Shown: piece after piece, positions 60,103 through 64,000 of the stretch
Position numbering within the stretch: the stretch's first letter is position 1
How the letters are laid out: every line of letters begins with the position of its first letter
Origin: Pelomyxa schiedti
Taxonomy: Eukaryota > Protista > Evosea
DNA length: 64,000 nt
Reading direction: 5' to 3'
Assembly: GCA_020536535.1 (NCBI GenBank)
Contig: JAHLWZ010000193.1
Coordinates: forward strand, 1-64,000
The notes under the pieces: model-generated
What the model saw: the letters and a program-made list of their open reading frames with translations, nothing else
Database searches by the model: none
What the model was told of the DNA's origin: nothing
Made by a program: the position numbers and the translations under genes

Positions 60103-63100
60103 TCAAAAAAAATATGTGAGAAGAGGAAGTAGTAGAAGAGCGACAGTGATTGCCGTTTGCGTTCCACTACTAATAGAAACCGACTGCGAGGTGGGTTCGG
60201 ATTCGGATTCGGTGCCGGAGGAGGACAAGGATGCTGAATCAGACTCTGATTCCGACTCGGACTCGGACTCGGAGGTCGATAGTGACTCCGACTCTGATTC
60301 AGATGCAGATTCTGATGTAGACCTGGAAGTGGATCGTGATGTGGAGGTGGACCGTGAAGTGGATTCCGATTCCGACGCCGACTTCGATTTCGACTCTGAC
60401 TCTGACTCGGAAGTCGAAGTAGACTCAGATGTGGACGATGAGGAGAAAGAGAGCGACGTGGACTGTGACTTTGAAACAGATTGGGAGGATGAAATGGAAG
60501 ATGACATAGAGGACGAAGTCGACGATTGGGAGGAGGAAGAGATAGAGTTGGAGGAAGAAGAAACCGAGGAAGAAGAAACTGAGGCAGAAGACGATTGTGA
60601 CGCTGACGAGGAGTCGGAGGATGAAGATTCTGATAAAGAGCTTGAAATGGAGCTGGACAACGAATGTGACGACTGAGAAGACGAGTACGAGTCGGACGAC
60701 GAAGATGTAGAAGACGATTGAGAAGACGACTGAGACTCCGAAGAAGAGTCCGAGCTCGACGCCGATGATGACAGTGAAATCGAAGAGGACTCTGAGATAG
60801 ATGACGACTGTGATGAACTGGTGGATGTAGACCCCAAAATAAAGGAGTAAATGCTGGTCGACTCTTCAGCAAGAACAAAATCTGTTATGGTTACAGCATC
60901 CACAATAACTTCTACATCCACCATATCTAGTGGTAGCATGTCAGTCATCTCTCTAGGAAAAAAAAGGTTAAAAAGGTACGGAAAAGTGAATGTTCTTACA
61001 CTAAAACCTCCCCAACAACAGTAGAAAGATCTGCGGAAGCAGTCGTAAGGGTGTGGTTTGACATAGGGTGGTACTGCCAAAACGTCAAAATGGAAAACCA
61101 TTTAAAAAGTGGGAAGATACCAAAAACGAGAGGAGTGAATGGTGGGTACTTCTGGTACTTTTGGTACCAACAGCAGTTGCTTTACTAAGCCGCACATGGT
61201 TGATATATTCAGGTTTCAGAAGGGCCGGGACAAAGTGAGCGATTTCATCTTCGCTCATTTGGTGTAGAACATTATCGGAAACAGATTTGTCCTCGGAAAG
61301 AATAAGACCACTTATAGAAAGAGAGACATTAAGGACTGGTTGAACACAAGGTGGGCCTGAGAACCCATGGACTTCTGAATCCACGCCGTTATGTGTGATG
61401 TAGAGTGCAGTGCCGAGCATGCGGTTGAGTAAGGGGCTACAGCACCCCATTTGTTCATTCCATTTGTCTAAAATCGGTTTGCATGTAGACGATACGACAT
61501 GAGTGTATTCACTGGGGACTTTCCCCATTCCCGTAAGCATAAGCAAGCAAGTGGAAGGAATAGAATCGGCCAAACTATAGAGCCAAACATCATATAACCG
61601 GTGGTAACAAGAGCTGCACGGGTTGTCACTTCCCACATTAGAAGTTAATCAAAACACACTAGTTGTAAGCAGGATGGTACGAACACTCGAAGTCGTAAAC
61701 TATTCCCATATTTTCTTTATTTAAAATTTCAGCCACACACGCAGTGCACATGGGAAAGTCCAGAAAATCAAATTGGGTTCCCTGATCCACCACATTTTGA
61801 ATAAGCTGTTTGAAACATTGCGACCCTAGGTACTTTTCAGTAATTATTTTAAATTGAGTGTGGAAACCTGTTTGTCCAGTACTGTAATTAGCTGCACAGA
61901 TTATCTGCGGAAGAGAGATCATTGGCTGGAAGACATCAGCAACTTCTTGGGGGTTGCAAGCATTCAAAGCGGTAGTCATAACGTTATTCCAGATATTAAT
62001 AGAGGCAGGTACACTTTTTCAAGTTAGAGAGTGAAGGGAAAGTGGGAACACACCAAGGGTCTGAGTAGGTCACCAGAATATTTTGGAGAGCCATGTAGGC
62101 ACTCACTTGAGAATTCCAACTTAACAAAAACGTTAGTGGGCTACGTATGAGCTCGTGTGAACATACCATACTGACCACACTATAGACGTGTAATTGGGAG
62201 GATTTGAAATCATGCCACACATCTTCATTGTATATGTAACCAGAGTCCACATCACACAAGAGGACCAACTGGGCGATGTAAGAGGAAACCCAGTGCAATT
62301 CACAGTGGCAATGTCCTCCACTGTGCGATTGGTTTCGTTTCCATCCACCTGATAGTGTAAGTGCGGATTAGATGCAACTCAAGGAGGCGAGTGTACACAC
62401 CCTTGGTGAGGAAGCCGACCACACGGGGTAATCAAGCCAAGTTGAGGTTGAACTGCATGGGGAACATGTCTCAGAAGGAACTTGAACCAAATCCAGCCAT
62501 TTCCCCATTGTTTCCGGTGCCATAGAAGTCGCCAACCAGGCGCTAAGAGTGTCTAAGTGCAGCCCTGTTTCAGTTTCCCAGGTAGGCAACACCTGGTGCT
62601 GCACTGTGACAGGGTGCATCAACCCCCAAAGTTGATCTTGGGCAGTAATATCACCAGTAAGACCAGAAGGAGAAAAACTTGGCATCATATTGCCATACTC
62701 TCCATTTAGTAATATACAAGTACGGTCTACGTTCAAACAAACTGCTGGGGTCCTAGACCTGAGATAAACGCCAATCATCACAGCAGCGGCGTCGGAATTA
62801 GACTTTATCTGCTTCTCAAATATAGCTCCCCACAAAGCAACTCCAGTCGCATTAGAAGCAGTATAACTGTAAATATGTTTTGTAAGAAGCATAGATATAA
62901 CGGTTTTCAAATACCCCAGAGCAATCAAAGCCAGTGTGTTCACAGACAAACACTTTCCGCATACGGTGGCAGTGCGATTGCAAGATTCAGAGGTCGCAGT
63001 CGGACAAGTGGAGGTCGTGGGGGGTCCTTTTTTGAGAGCCGAAAGAAAGGACATGTATCCGGTTGTGTTGTCAACCTTGGGTGACATTACCGCGTCGAAA

Positions 63101-63372
63101 GACCTCGTGAATTGGAGCCACCCTTGCCCGCTCCTCGTGCGCATGTAGTCCATTTGTCTTGTAAACCAAGACGTAGCATCGGGCCCACAATTGGGTGTCT
63201 CGGCTCCTATTTTGTTGTCATAATTAATGGTTGTCGGGGTTTTGGATTGTGGCAAGGCACTGGTGGTTCCACGATTATTTATTTTGAAGTGCGAGTCGAC
63301 ACGCACCAGAAGAGAGGAGAGAAAAACAAGTAACCAACGCCACCCCGAGCACAAGCCAAAGGTGGTGGCCAA
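60103..63372 (-). CDS. Secreted protein of unknown family (≥5 exons): signal peptide, ~330-aa Cys-containing N-terminal exon with N-glycosylation sequons, then a Ser-rich stalk and a hydrophobic C-terminus (GPI-anchor-like …[17 protein letters not shown]).
   Basis: ORFs on the minus strand: 62368..63372 (signal peptide [27 protein letters not shown]), 61996..62298, 61659..61979, 61085..61636, and 60103..61101 (Ser-rich, ends in a hydrophobic tail). The order and orientation are consistent with one gene; the exon joins were not all verified. Confidence 0.55.
60116..60880. repeat. Long (GAC/TCG/GAT/TCC)-type tri/hexanucleotide coding repeat. Reads as (SDSDSE)n on the plus strand and as Ser-rich (SSSxSE)n on the minus strand.
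   Basis: Plus-strand ORF 60116..60676 ([19 protein letters not shown]…) and minus-strand ORF 60103..61101 are both open through the repeat. The minus strand fits the surrounding secreted-protein gene, but the coding strand is ambiguous from sequence alone. Confidence 0.6.
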
Positions 63373-63725
63373 CCATGATGTTTTTTATTTTTTGTTTTCT
63401 TTCGGGTCTTACAAACTGCAGTCACAGTTTCCAGCTTCGGAGCGAGTACGTTTCCTCTAACACAACATCACGGAAACCTGAGTGCAACTTTCCCGCAGTC
63501 GCGGAAATCAATTTCCACCCAAAAAAGCACCTTCTAGGTACAGGAATACCGCAATCATGCGGTCGGGTCTTCGAACCGACGGGGAAGGACTGCAGCCCAG
63601 CAGACGAGCAGGGCTGAGGTCAGCGAGCCCTGCATCCACGTTCCCCGGCGGGGACTCCCCACGAGGGGCGGCCATCTTGAGGCGGGGATCAGGGGGCCGC
63701 GACGCCCGCACAGGGGGGGACGCAA

Positions 63726-64000
63726 TGGATGCTGACTACGTCTCTGCTACCGCTGTTGTGGTCGCCATGGCTCCTCAGGAGACTGGAGCGCGTGTGGGTG
63801 GCGACCCCGGTGCTACTGTAGAGAACGGCGATGACGAGGACCAGGATGAAGATGAGGATGAAAGTGGGGAAGAAGAAAGGAGGGAAGGGTTGGGCGGCGG
63901 CACAATTATGGGAGGGATGCCGCTTTCCGGGAGGATTGTTTTCGACGATCCTGATGAGAGAGGCATGATGGGGAGATTATCTCTCTTTTTTTGGTGTTTT
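63726..64000 (+). CDS. 5' end of a gene running past the window end: acidic N-terminus MDADYVSATAVVVAMAPQETGARVGGDPGATVENGDDEDQDEDEDESGEEERREG… Partial.
   Basis: ATG at 63726 opens a frame that stays open to the window end; Asp/Glu-rich. No family assignable. Confidence 0.3.

Noticed and set aside
1-64000. Prokaryotic-style features: operons, CRISPR arrays, mobile elements or defence islands
   Set aside because: Every conserved gene is interrupted by GT-AG introns, genes carry eukaryote-specific domains (USP9X, Hippo/SARAH, vault PARP, ArfGAP), and there are no direct-repeat/spacer arrays, transposase or integrase ORFs or terminal inverted repeats. The window is ordinary eukaryotic chromosomal DNA. 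The only prokaryote-like element is the C-terminal domain of the vPARP-like gene, which is reported as a finding.

Overview
This window is eukaryotic nuclear DNA from a compact, gene-dense protist-like genome. It has short GT-AG spliceosomal introns of about 40-110 nt, often with gtaag/gtatg donors and pyrimidine- or poly-T-rich 3' ends. It has no prokaryotic operon structure, no CRISPR array and no rRNA gene. The ORF track splits most genes into exon-sized pieces, and its 'M' starts are sometimes non-ATG codons. I reassembled about 20 genes by eye from conserved motifs and splice-phase checks. Internal exon boundaries are approximate unless a splice junction is explicitly worked out in a finding. 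Coding sequence is moderately GC-rich, with long Ser/Pro/Thr/His low-complexity stretches; introns and intergenic DNA are AT-richer with homopolymer runs.

Gene content:
- three paralogous receptor-like TKL Ser/Thr kinases with a shared ectodomain–TM–(MSP-like)–kinase architecture: gene A at 11.5-18.8 kb, and genes B and C as a tandem pair at 41.0-49.8 kb
- a cytosolic TKL kinase (minus strand)
- a CMGC/MAPK-like kinase
- a Hippo/MST-type STE20 kinase with a SARAH-like coiled coil
- two MORN-repeat proteins
- a PTH2 peptidyl-tRNA hydrolase
- a large Glu/Lys-rich coiled-coil protein
- an FG-GAP β-propeller secreted protein
- a vault-PARP (PARP4)-like gene (PARP catalytic + VIT + vWA) that ends in an unusual 'CFIATAAYG…FRD…YY..SPP' domain plus a TM anchor
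- a USP9X/fat-facets-type giant deubiquitinase (~11 kb)
- a MOG1/RANGRF homolog
- a dual-specificity phosphatase fused to a C-terminal CBM20 starch-binding module
- an AGFG1/Hrb-type ArfGAP with Met/Gln/Pro/Gly repeats
- a secreted Ser-rich, probably GPI-type, protein

The repertoire (TKL-rich kinases, Hippo/SARAH, vault PARP, AGFG1, USP9X) suggests an amoebozoan- or unicellular-opisthokont-like protist, but I cannot name the species from sequence alone.

The most interesting signals are the receptor-kinase paralog cluster with an MSP-like juxtamembrane domain, the vPARP-like gene with a prokaryote-type C-terminal sorting-like domain, the DSP–CBM20 fusion, and the recurrent in-frame splicing of long low-complexity 5' exons onto conserved catalytic domains.
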